From positions 1 through 64,000 of the forward strand of contig JAEUIH010000032.1 of assembly GCA_016795105.1 (NCBI GenBank): a stretch of 64,000 nt of DNA, written 5' to 3'. Origin of the DNA: Planctomyces sp. Lineage in GTDB: Bacteria > Planctomycetota > Planctomycetia > Planctomycetales > Planctomycetaceae. Shown one piece after another: positions 48,366 through 56,989 of the stretch (position 1 is the stretch's first letter; the number at the start of each line of letters is the position of its first letter). Position numbers and translations under genes: made by a program. The notes beneath the pieces were generated by a model. It was not told where the DNA came from and ran no database searches. It worked only from the letters and a program-made list of their open reading frames with translations.

Positions 48366-49994
48366 ATGGCCTCATCACTGCCCTTGATGCTCTCTCTGGG
48401 AATTGTTCTCTCAGCCAGCTCGGCTGTCGACTTAGCCAACCGGACTGACGAAGACTCTCGATCGGGCGGTGGCGCGTTTGAAATCCGCGTGATTGATCGA
48501 GAAACAAAGAGGGGCATTCCACTTGCAGAAGTGGTGACGGTGGACGACGAATTGTATGTGACCGACAGTGCAGGAAGGGTTGCGATCGAGGAACCTCTGC
48601 TAACCGGCGAAACAGTGTTCTTCTACGTGCGATCTCCGGGATATCGGATTCGCAAGGACGGATTCGGGATCGACGGCGTTCGAATATCGCTGGTCGCCGG
48701 CGGCAGCCACACGATTGAACTGGATCGCATCGTTCCGGCGGAACGACTGTACCGCATTACGGGCCGCAATCTCTACCGTGATTCGATTCGACTTGGAAAG
48801 ACTCTGCCTGAGGGTTATTCCCCGGAAACGGACGCTGTCGGAAACGGTCGTGTGGTCGGACAGGATTCGGTGCAGGTGGCCTCTTATCGAGGTTCGCTGC
48901 GATGGTTCTGGGGAGATACAAATCGCTTGTCGTATCCACTCGGGCTGTTTCGTACCGCTGGAGCCGTCACTCCTTCTGCAGAAGTTGCGGGAGTATCCAT
49001 CGAGAGCGGCCTCCCGCTGAAGTACTTCACCGACAGTCAGGGGTTCGCGCGGGCAATGGCCGACCACCCGAACAGAGAAGGAGTGATGTGGATCGACGGA
49101 GTCTGTACTGTGATGGATGGCGATCAGGAAGTTCTCATCGCACATTACTCACGACGCAAAGGACTCGCCGAAGAACTGGAACATGGCCTGCTGCGATACG
49201 ATGACAGCCGCGAGACCTTTCAAATCCTGAAGGTTCTGGACCTCACCGAACGTTGGCGGTTCGTGAGAGATCATCCGATTCATGTTCGGCACGACGACGT
49301 TTCTTACCTGATGTTTGGAAATCCGTTTCCGACAACACGAGTTCCCGCAACGCTGAGTGCAATCACAGATTCTGCAAAGTATGAATCATACACCTGCGAA
49401 CAGCAAGGAGGCTCCCAGTCTGCGGAGTCCGTCACAGACATCGCCTCGATACGACTGCCTCATCGTGACTCTGACGGTAAGCTTGTTTGGCAATGGCAAG
49501 CCTCGCCACCGATGACTCAGCAGCTCGAACAGAAATGGCTCGCCGCCAAACTCATCAGCGATCAGGAAGTTCGGTTTCTGCCGCAGGAGTTCCGAATTGA
49601 ACAGACGGAACTCAAGACAGGGCAACGACTGGAGATGCATGGCGGAACTGTATACTTCAATGCATGGCGGAAACGCTGGGTGATGATCGCCATCCTGAAC
49701 GGGATGAGCTCAAAGGCGGATTCGTTCCTCGGAGAAGTCTATTACTCGGAGTCCGAAAGTCCACAGGGACCATTCGAGCGAGCATTTAAGATTGCGACGC
49801 ATCCCAAACAGTCGTTTTACAATCCATGCCATCACCCGTTTTTTGATGCAGAGGGTGGGCGAGTTGTGTACTTTGAGGGAACGTATACAAACTCCTTCAC
49901 GACGTCGCCGGCAACTCCGGGGTACAACTACAATCAGCTGATGTACCGTCTGGACCTGAGACACCCCGACGTGGCCCGCGTTTTCGATCCGTGA
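48366..49994 (+). CDS. Hypothetical secreted protein
   Basis: Signal peptide MASSLPLMLSLGIVLSASSAVDLA. The ORF is 542 aa and has no recognised domain. Confidence 0.55.
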   Translation: MASSLPLMLSLGIVLSASSAVDLANRTDEDSRSGGGAFEIRVIDRETKRGIPLAEVVTVDDELYVTDSAGRVAIEEPLLTGETVFFYVRSPGYRIRKDGFGIDGVRISLVAGGSHTIELDRIVPAERLYRITGRNLYRDSIRLGKTLPEGYSPETDAVGNGRVVGQDSVQVASYRGSLRWFWGDTNRLSYPLGLFRTAGAVTPSAEVAGVSIESGLPLKYFTDSQGFARAMADHPNREGVMWIDGVCTVMDGDQEVLIAHYSRRKGLAEELEHGLLRYDDSRETFQILKVLDLTERWRFVRDHPIHVRHDDVSYLMFGNPFPTTRVPATLSAITDSAKYESYTCEQQGGSQSAESVTDIASIRLPHRDSDGKLVWQWQASPPMTQQLEQKWLAAKLISDQEVRFLPQEFRIEQTELKTGQRLEMHGGTVYFNAWRKRWVMIAILNGMSSKADSFLGEVYYSESESPQGPFERAFKIATHPKQSFYNPCHHPFFDAEGGRVVYFEGTYTNSFTTSPATPGYNYNQLMYRLDLRHPDVARVFDP

Positions 49995-50115
49995 CTCAGC
50001 TTCGATACAATCGATACAGACCGTCCGTCGGAATCGCTTTGAAACTGCGACCTCGCGGGTCTTCTCAGACTAGGTTTGATCCATTTGGGTCTTCCTATTC
50101 TGAGGAAATGCAGTT

Positions 50116-50769
50116 ATGAGTGGTTTTGTCGCAGAAGCCAGGACACACGCGGTCAATTGTCCATCGTGTGGCGGTGTTGTTGAAAACGTCGATGGACGTG
50201 GTTATCACCAGTGCAGCTACTGTCAAAGCCTCGTCTTCAGCAACGAAAATCCGCTCTCGGTCGATCGAATCACGACTTTGGGAAAGGAAATGCCGGCTCC
50301 CTGCCCGTGTTGTCAACTGCCGCTTCAGCAGGGAGAACTGGACAATCGGCCGGTTCTCTACTGCGGAAATTGTTACGGAGTGATGATCCGCACCGAGCAC
50401 TTTGGGGCTGCACTCCGTGAACGCCGGTCACGTCGAAGCTCCGCAGATGCCGAAGACCCAAAGCCAATCGATCTCAAACAGTATGAACGAATTCTGAAAT
50501 GCCCGAACTGCAGTCGAAATATGGACGTCCATCCATATTATGGCCCGGGTAATGTTGTGATCGACTCCTGTGGACACTGCTCACTGATCTGGCTGGACCA
50601 CGGGGAACTCACACGACTTGAACGTGCTTCCGGTGGACGCGAACCTGCGACGATCTTTCATGGCTACGGCGATTCCGTCACCGCGATCCCTTCTTCCGGC
50701 TCGTACGATGAACCTGAAGTCTCCACAGTCTCAGCGTTGCATGTGATCGCGAACCTGTTTCTTCGCTGA
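50116..50769 (+). CDS. Triple zinc-ribbon protein (zf-TFIIB-like CPxC...CxxCxGxWLD modules)
   Basis: Three modules: CPSCGG...CSYCQSL, CPCCQLP...CGNCYGVMI and CPNCSRNM...CGHCSLIWLDHGEL. The last fits the bacterial zf-TFIIB-like motif. GAGGA Shine-Dalgarno. Confidence 0.55.
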   Translation: MSGFVAEARTHAVNCPSCGGVVENVDGRGYHQCSYCQSLVFSNENPLSVDRITTLGKEMPAPCPCCQLPLQQGELDNRPVLYCGNCYGVMIRTEHFGAALRERRSRRSSADAEDPKPIDLKQYERILKCPNCSRNMDVHPYYGPGNVVIDSCGHCSLIWLDHGELTRLERASGGREPATIFHGYGDSVTAIPSSGSYDEPEVSTVSALHVIANLFLR

Positions 50770-50887
50770 TTGAGCTTCTTTCCGCAGGGATTGCCGGAAA
50801 GTCTTTTTGCTGCCAGGATTCGCCGAGATCACAAAGCGAATCCAGCGGTCTTTTTTTGGCCGCATCTTTCTTGAATGAGCAGCTGGA

Positions 50888-52297
50888 ATGGTACGAGACT
50901 TTACAACGGAAAGCCTTTCTCACGACCCAATTCATGGCTATATCCCATTCATTTCCCGAATGGGACTCCCGGAAGGTGAAGCAGCCGAACAGGACCTGAT
51001 CGACCATCCATGGGTTCAAAGACTCAGACAGATCCACCAGCTTCAAACCGCATGGTGGGTCTTCCCATCAGCAGAGCACATGAGATTTCAGCATGTTCTG
51101 GGAGTTATGCATCTGGGTTCGGTAACCATCAATGCATGGTACGATTCGCTGGCAGATGTCTGCCGCAACCTTCCTTCCAAAGCGTTTGTGGAGAGTCTCG
51201 TCAGGATCGCGGGCCTGCTGCATGACGTAGGGCACGGCCCGTTCGGTCACTTCTTTGATGACCACTATCTTGAGCAGTTCGGGCTGACCCATGAAGATAT
51301 CGGTGCTCATATTATTGAGCATGAACTTGGTGATATCATCCGCAGAATTCGCCGCAACCCGTCCGGAAAACTCGCACCACTGGAAGAACTCGACGCAAAG
51401 CAGGTTGCATGGCTGATTCGTCGGCCATCGGGTCGTTCAGAAGATGAAACCGGACACCCGGACTGGCTGAAAAAGCTCCGAGCACTCTTCAGTGGAATCT
51501 ACACCGTCGACAATATGGACTTTGTACTGCGGGATGCATACATGTCCGGATACAACACCAAAGCATTCGATATTTCACGACTCGTTCATTACTCATTCTT
51601 CACCGAACAGGGCCTGACGATTCATTCGCGTGGCCTGTCGACGCTGATCAACTTCATTGAAACACGTGCAAACCTGTTTCGCTCGATCTACTTTCATCGA
51701 ACCGTCCGAGGAATCGACATTGCACTCGAAGATCACTTCGAAGCAACCATGAATCATCTCTTCCCCGGAAACCCTCTGCAATACCTGAGCGCATACCAGG
51801 GACTTACGGAGACCTCATTCCTCGTCGATGTGACTCGCTGGTCTCACAGTGACAACCCGGAACTGCAGGAACTTGGAAGACACTGGCGAGCCATTATCAA
51901 TCGGGATGAAATGTGGCGGATGGCGTGCGAGAGGACGATGCATTTTCACAGCGGCCAGGCAGAAAGTACGACCATCTTCTCCGAACCTGGACTGGTTGAG
52001 CGTCGAGTCCGGGAGCACCTGCCAAGAGAGATTCGCGACATTCCGCTTCGTGTCGATGTCGCTCGTCACTATCACCGACCCAGTGCCCGAAGACCGGCCG
52101 GAAAACAGAATTACTGGTTTGACCCCGCCAGCGGCTTGTCTTTCGAACTCGACGATGATGAACTATTCCGCAGTCTGCCAACCAGCTTCATCATATTCCG
52201 AATCTACAGTCGAAGCCATGGCTATGATCGTGAGCTGAACGCAGCACTTCAAAAAGTCGCCGGGGGTACTGGCGGCGACACGAAGACAAACATGTAA
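50888..52297 (+). CDS. HD-domain phosphohydrolase, dGTPase/dNTP triphosphohydrolase-like
   Basis: The HD motif H...HDVGHGPFGH is present (MHLGSVTINAW...LLHDVGHGPFGHFFDDHY), and a downstream DNMDFVLRDAYMSGY resembles the dGTPase family. Confidence 0.65.
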   Translation: MVRDFTTESLSHDPIHGYIPFISRMGLPEGEAAEQDLIDHPWVQRLRQIHQLQTAWWVFPSAEHMRFQHVLGVMHLGSVTINAWYDSLADVCRNLPSKAFVESLVRIAGLLHDVGHGPFGHFFDDHYLEQFGLTHEDIGAHIIEHELGDIIRRIRRNPSGKLAPLEELDAKQVAWLIRRPSGRSEDETGHPDWLKKLRALFSGIYTVDNMDFVLRDAYMSGYNTKAFDISRLVHYSFFTEQGLTIHSRGLSTLINFIETRANLFRSIYFHRTVRGIDIALEDHFEATMNHLFPGNPLQYLSAYQGLTETSFLVDVTRWSHSDNPELQELGRHWRAIINRDEMWRMACERTMHFHSGQAESTTIFSEPGLVERRVREHLPREIRDIPLRVDVARHYHRPSARRPAGKQNYWFDPASGLSFELDDDELFRSLPTSFIIFRIYSRSHGYDRELNAALQKVAGGTGGDTKTNM

Positions 52298-52328
52298 GCC
52301 CTCCGAAACTTCTGTTGCAGGTATTCTC

Positions 52329-53237
52329 ATGTCTCTCTCTCAATCCTCATGCCGATTCCTGCCCGTATTCTTCCTCGGCACGCTGGTTCTATTAGGCGGG
52401 TTAGCTTCTGTCTGTGCCGCAGATGAAGGCTCCGCAACAACTCAGCGAGCAGGTTCAAACTTCGATCGCGACCAGCTTGTTGCATGGTGCATTGTCCCGT
52501 TTGATGCAAAGAATCGGGGTCCCGCGGAACGGGCCGAAATGGTCGCTGGTCTGGGCCTCAAACGTGTTGCTTATGACTGGAGAGACCAGCATATCCCGAC
52601 TTTTGAAGAAGAGATCCTGCAGTATAAAAAGCATGGAATCGAATACTTTGCGTTCTGGAGCTGGCACGATTCGATGGAGCCATTGATCCGCAAGCACAAC
52701 ATTCATCCTCAAATCTGGATGATGTTCGGAGAACCCGCTGGAACGCAGGAAGAAAAGGTCGCAGCAGCTGCAGCCAGTCTTCTGCCGATGGTTGAAAAAA
52801 CGAAATCACTCGGGTTGAAACTGGGACTCTACAACCATGGCGGATGGAGCGGAGAGCCTGCAAACATGGTTGCTGTCTGCCAATACCTGAAAGACCATCA
52901 TGGCGCAGAGAATGTTGGCATTGTCTATAACCTGCACCATGGGCACGATCACATCCCGGACTTTCGCCAACAGCTGGAACTTCTGAAACCATGGCTGATC
53001 TGCCTCAATCTGAATGGAATGAATGATCGAGCGGAACCAAAGATTCTGCCCATCGGTTCAGGCAAACATGAACAATCGCTGATCAGGATCATTCATGAAC
53101 TGAACTACACCGGACCTGTCGGTATCATTGATCACCGAGAAGAACTGGACGCAGAAGAAAGTCTTCGACAGAATCTCAGCGGGCTGCCCGGCATTCTAAA
53201 GGAAGTCGGCAATCCAAAATCAGCCGAAACCTATTGA
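52329..53237 (+). CDS. Secreted sugar-phosphate isomerase/epimerase (xylose-isomerase-like TIM barrel) family protein
   Basis: Signal peptide, then LGLYNHGGW...NLHHGHDH, a metal-binding pattern typical of AP endonuclease 2 / xylose isomerase-like TIM barrels. Confidence 0.6.
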   Translation: MSLSQSSCRFLPVFFLGTLVLLGGLASVCAADEGSATTQRAGSNFDRDQLVAWCIVPFDAKNRGPAERAEMVAGLGLKRVAYDWRDQHIPTFEEEILQYKKHGIEYFAFWSWHDSMEPLIRKHNIHPQIWMMFGEPAGTQEEKVAAAAASLLPMVEKTKSLGLKLGLYNHGGWSGEPANMVAVCQYLKDHHGAENVGIVYNLHHGHDHIPDFRQQLELLKPWLICLNLNGMNDRAEPKILPIGSGKHEQSLIRIIHELNYTGPVGIIDHREELDAEESLRQNLSGLPGILKEVGNPKSAETY

Positions 53238-53289
53238 TCAGTCCATCGATTGATCAACCTTTCGAAGCCCACCACCATCTCTGAAGTCC

Positions 53290-54735
53290 TCAGGAAAGAA
53301 CCCCGGGGATCACAGACCAACTCTCGGCGACTCCCGTCAGGCGTTCCTGGCGACCGTTCGTTTCAAAGTAAAGTTCATCTGGTCGCACACCCAGAGCTGT
53401 GAGAATCGTGGCATGAAGATCCTTGACTGGGTGAGGATCTTCAACGGCACGAAGTCCAAATTCATCGGTCGCCCCGACAGCATTCCCGCCTCGAACTCCC
53501 GCCCCTGCCATCCAAACGGTGAATCCATATGGATTGTGGTTGCGCCCGAAATCCCCCTGCATCATGGGGGTTCTGCCAAACTCACCAGCCCAGATCACGA
53601 GTGTTGAATCCAGCAACCCTCGCTGCTCGAGGTCTGCAAGCAGGGCTGCAGTAGGCTGATCTGTCTGGGCTGCATTTCGACGATGATAGTCTTCGTTTTG
53701 TGAATGGCCATCCCAGCCCAGTTTATCCACGGCCGTATACAGCTGCACAAATCGAACACCTTTCTCTACCAGACGCCGTGACAGCAGACACATGCGACCA
53801 AACATCGCCTTGTCACCATTCGAATCATGGATGCCATAGAGCTGTTGAGTTGCTTCCGTTTCGGTCCCCAGATCACCGATATCCATCGCCGCCGACTGCA
53901 TACGGTATGCAAGTTCATAAGACGCGATACGGCCTTCAAGATCCTCGAACCCACTCCGCTGCGCCGCATGATGGCGATTCAACGTCTGCATCAGATCCAG
54001 GGTTGATCGCTGAGCACCCCGATACTGCTCCGGAGGCTGGAGGTACAAAACAGGATCACCTTCATGTCGAAACTGTGTTCCCTGAAACGCAGCCGGAAGA
54101 AATGCGTTACTCCAGTTCGCCGATCCGCCAAGCCCCCCCACCTTGTAGAGCATGACGTAGCCAGGAAGATTCTGATTCAGTGATCCCAGTCCATAAGTGA
54201 CCCACGATCCAAGACTCGGTTTGCCGCCGAGAATCGCGCCCGTATTCATCAGATAAGTTGCCGGCGCGTGATTGGAACTCTCACTGTACATGGACCGTAT
54301 TTGACAAACTTTGTCCATATGCTGAGCAGTCTCCGGCATCAGATCCGAGACCCACTGTCCCGATTCACCGTACTGTCGCCAGCGCCATGGTCCGGCCATA
54401 AGCTCATCTTTGCAGTGCCGAAACACGCCGCCAACTTTATCCTGTTGCTCTTTCAGCGACGCCGGAATCGGCTGCCCATGGTGTTTGACCAGCTCGGGCT
54501 TGTAGTCAAACAAATCAAACGTTGAAGGACCGCCATATTGAAACAGAAAGATAATCTGCTTCGCGGCCGGAACGACGGCAGAAAGCCTCTCTCGCAGCGG
54601 GCTGAGTGGATCAATACGATCTTCAGCAGCAGTAACAGTTCGATCCGACGACGCCATCATTGCGGCCAGCGCAACCGCAGGGAATCCTGCACCCGCCGTC
54701 CTGAGAAATTGTCTGCGACTGGAAATAGAAGCCAT
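53290..54735 (-). CDS. DUF1501 (sulfatase-like) family protein with Tat signal
   Basis: MASISSRRQFLRTAGAGFPAVALAA is a Tat motif, and the body matches the DUF1501 family. It forms the usual pair with the upstream DUF1549/DUF1553 gene. Confidence 0.8.
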   Translation of the reverse strand: MASISSRRQFLRTAGAGFPAVALAAMMASSDRTVTAAEDRIDPLSPLRERLSAVVPAAKQIIFLFQYGGPSTFDLFDYKPELVKHHGQPIPASLKEQQDKVGGVFRHCKDELMAGPWRWRQYGESGQWVSDLMPETAQHMDKVCQIRSMYSESSNHAPATYLMNTGAILGGKPSLGSWVTYGLGSLNQNLPGYVMLYKVGGLGGSANWSNAFLPAAFQGTQFRHEGDPVLYLQPPEQYRGAQRSTLDLMQTLNRHHAAQRSGFEDLEGRIASYELAYRMQSAAMDIGDLGTETEATQQLYGIHDSNGDKAMFGRMCLLSRRLVEKGVRFVQLYTAVDKLGWDGHSQNEDYHRRNAAQTDQPTAALLADLEQRGLLDSTLVIWAGEFGRTPMMQGDFGRNHNPYGFTVWMAGAGVRGGNAVGATDEFGLRAVEDPHPVKDLHATILTALGVRPDELYFETNGRQERLTGVAESWSVIPGVLS

Positions 54736-54740
54736 CCGGA

Positions 54741-56810
54741 TTAGTCCATGTAACAAAATTCATTAGAGTTCAGAATGGCTCGGCAGAAATCAATGAAGGC
54801 CCTTCCGTCAGGATCGCCATTTAGGTTTTCCGTATTCTCGCCGCCCTCAGCTGTTTGGTTGCTGATGTACTGCTGACGTTGCTGGCCCAGAAATTCCCGA
54901 ACTGCAGCCAGTTCTACACCGTCTGGCTGCCTCGAGAGCACTTGCTCAAAACATCTGGTGATCAACGCAGCAACGCGTTGATCATCCGGCAGATTCTGAT
55001 CAACCTCCTGCCTGATCAACACAGACAGCGATTCGGCAACCCGTACTGATTCGGGGCTGTTCAGCAGAGCCAATGCCTGCGGTGCCACGATGGTTGTATC
55101 CCGTCGAGCACAGGATGTCGTCGAATCCGGAAGGTCAAACACCTGAAGAAAGGGTATCGGCAAACATCGTTTACGAACAAGGTAGATGCTGCGAACGTCG
55201 GTGTCGTCAACCGGATCCGTGTACCACCCCTGCATTCGACCCCCGTCGTCTTCTTTGATTGCTTCGAGGATTGCGGGCTGAGCATGAGTCAGCTCATCAG
55301 GCACAGCCGGCCATCGAGGCTTGCCGCCATCAACTGGTTTCAATAGTCCGGAAACGCTTAAAAGTGAATCACGCAGCGTCTCAGCATCGAGTCGCCTTGA
55401 GTTTTGTCGCCACAGCAACGTGTTCTCCGAACCAGGTGACTGCAGCGAAGATCGCTGTGATGACTGCCGATATGTGTCGGAATGCACGATGATCCGATGC
55501 AGATGTCGAATATCCCAGCCACTTTCAACGAACTCCACTGCCAGCCAGTCGAGTAACTCGGGATGCGTTGGTGGAGAACCGCTGTATCCAAAGTCATTGG
55601 GTGTCGCCACGATCCCTACGCCAAAATGAAGCTGCCAGAGACGATTCACGAAAACACGAGATGTCCATGGATTCGCCGGATCAACAATCCAGCGAGCCAG
55701 TGCAAGTCGCCGGCCACTTGAAGCGTCTGACTTTGACTCGATGTCAGCCGGGGTTGGTGACAGAACGGAGACAAACCCCGGAGCAACTTCTTCCAGAGGG
55801 CTTTGGAAATCGCCCTGTGCCAGAATATGCACGGCGGGAATCTCTGTCGAGCTGTCCGTCACTCCCATAAAGTCTTCATCGATCGGCTGCAACGACGCAA
55901 AGAACGCCCGAAATCGATAATGATCTTCCTGTGACAGAGGGTCGTACTTGTGATCGTGACATTGACAACAAGACATCGTCAGTCCCAGAAACGCTGATGC
56001 CGTTGTATTGGTCAGGTCCGCCAGCTGCTCGGCTCGATGCCTGTCTTTCTCGTCAAAGATCTCCGCTGTGCTGTCCCACTGCCCAAGTCGCAGATATCCG
56101 GTGGCGATCCGAGCATCGGTATTGTTCACCGCACCGAGTTCATCTCCGGCTATTTGTTCCAGTACAAACTGATCGTACGGCTTGTTTTCATTAAATGCAC
56201 GCACGACATAGTCGCGATACTTCCAGATGAGCGGACGAAATTCATCGCGTTCATAGCCATGAGTGTCTGCGTATCGAACAACATCGAGCCACCAGCGTGC
56301 CTGCCGCTCACCATAGTGTGGTGAAGACAGGAATCGCTCTACCACTTTTGAATATGCATCGGAACTCTGATCAGCGACAAAGGCTTCTGTCTCTTCAAAC
56401 GTCGGCGGCAGGCCCGTCAGATCAAAACTCAGGCGTCGAATCAGAGTTCGACGATCTGCTTCCGGTGAGGGTTCAAGGCCGACGGATTGAAGTCGTTCGC
56501 GAATCAGCTGATCAATGACCTGAGAATCTCCTGAAGCAACTTTCATCGGCCGAGCGGGGCGTTTCAGGGACCACAGATCAAGACGTTCGCCCCCGAACAG
56601 TCTGCGAATTGGGTTCTCCGGGTTTGTGACAGCGTCGATCTCACAAGTACTCTCGGGCAGACTCTCGGACGAAGTCCTGCTCGCACGATCTTCGGCCAGC
56701 GTCGAATCTTCGGCCAGCGTCGAATCTTCGGCCAGCGTCGAATCTTCGGTCGCATAGATCGAGAAAGAAAAGAGGACAATAATCGTGAGGAATTTTGCTC
56801 GCAGGTGCAT
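54741..56810 (-). CDS. DUF1549/DUF1553 (PSCyt2/PSD1, 'planctomycete cytochrome C'-like) protein
   Basis: CCQCHDHKYDPLSQEDHYRFRAFFAS is the PSD1/DUF1553 signature. A signal peptide is present, and the N-terminus has an EDSTLA x3 repeat from an 18-bp DNA tandem repeat. Confidence 0.8.
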   Translation of the reverse strand: MHLRAKFLTIIVLFSFSIYATEDSTLAEDSTLAEDSTLAEDRASRTSSESLPESTCEIDAVTNPENPIRRLFGGERLDLWSLKRPARPMKVASGDSQVIDQLIRERLQSVGLEPSPEADRRTLIRRLSFDLTGLPPTFEETEAFVADQSSDAYSKVVERFLSSPHYGERQARWWLDVVRYADTHGYERDEFRPLIWKYRDYVVRAFNENKPYDQFVLEQIAGDELGAVNNTDARIATGYLRLGQWDSTAEIFDEKDRHRAEQLADLTNTTASAFLGLTMSCCQCHDHKYDPLSQEDHYRFRAFFASLQPIDEDFMGVTDSSTEIPAVHILAQGDFQSPLEEVAPGFVSVLSPTPADIESKSDASSGRRLALARWIVDPANPWTSRVFVNRLWQLHFGVGIVATPNDFGYSGSPPTHPELLDWLAVEFVESGWDIRHLHRIIVHSDTYRQSSQRSSLQSPGSENTLLWRQNSRRLDAETLRDSLLSVSGLLKPVDGGKPRWPAVPDELTHAQPAILEAIKEDDGGRMQGWYTDPVDDTDVRSIYLVRKRCLPIPFLQVFDLPDSTTSCARRDTTIVAPQALALLNSPESVRVAESLSVLIRQEVDQNLPDDQRVAALITRCFEQVLSRQPDGVELAAVREFLGQQRQQYISNQTAEGGENTENLNGDPDGRAFIDFCRAILNSNEFCYMD

Positions 56811-56989
56811 GATTGGCTCTCCGAGGCGGAAGCACTCATTTTAAGGAGATGCAGCTTCAAAAGGAAACACGCATTTCAAGTGAGAACCCGAATCCTCAGG
56901 ATAGTGTATCAATTGCGATGGCTTGCCAGAGATCTACACTTACCGATTCAGGCCATTTCTGACCACAAGAACATTTCAGATTGCCAAAT

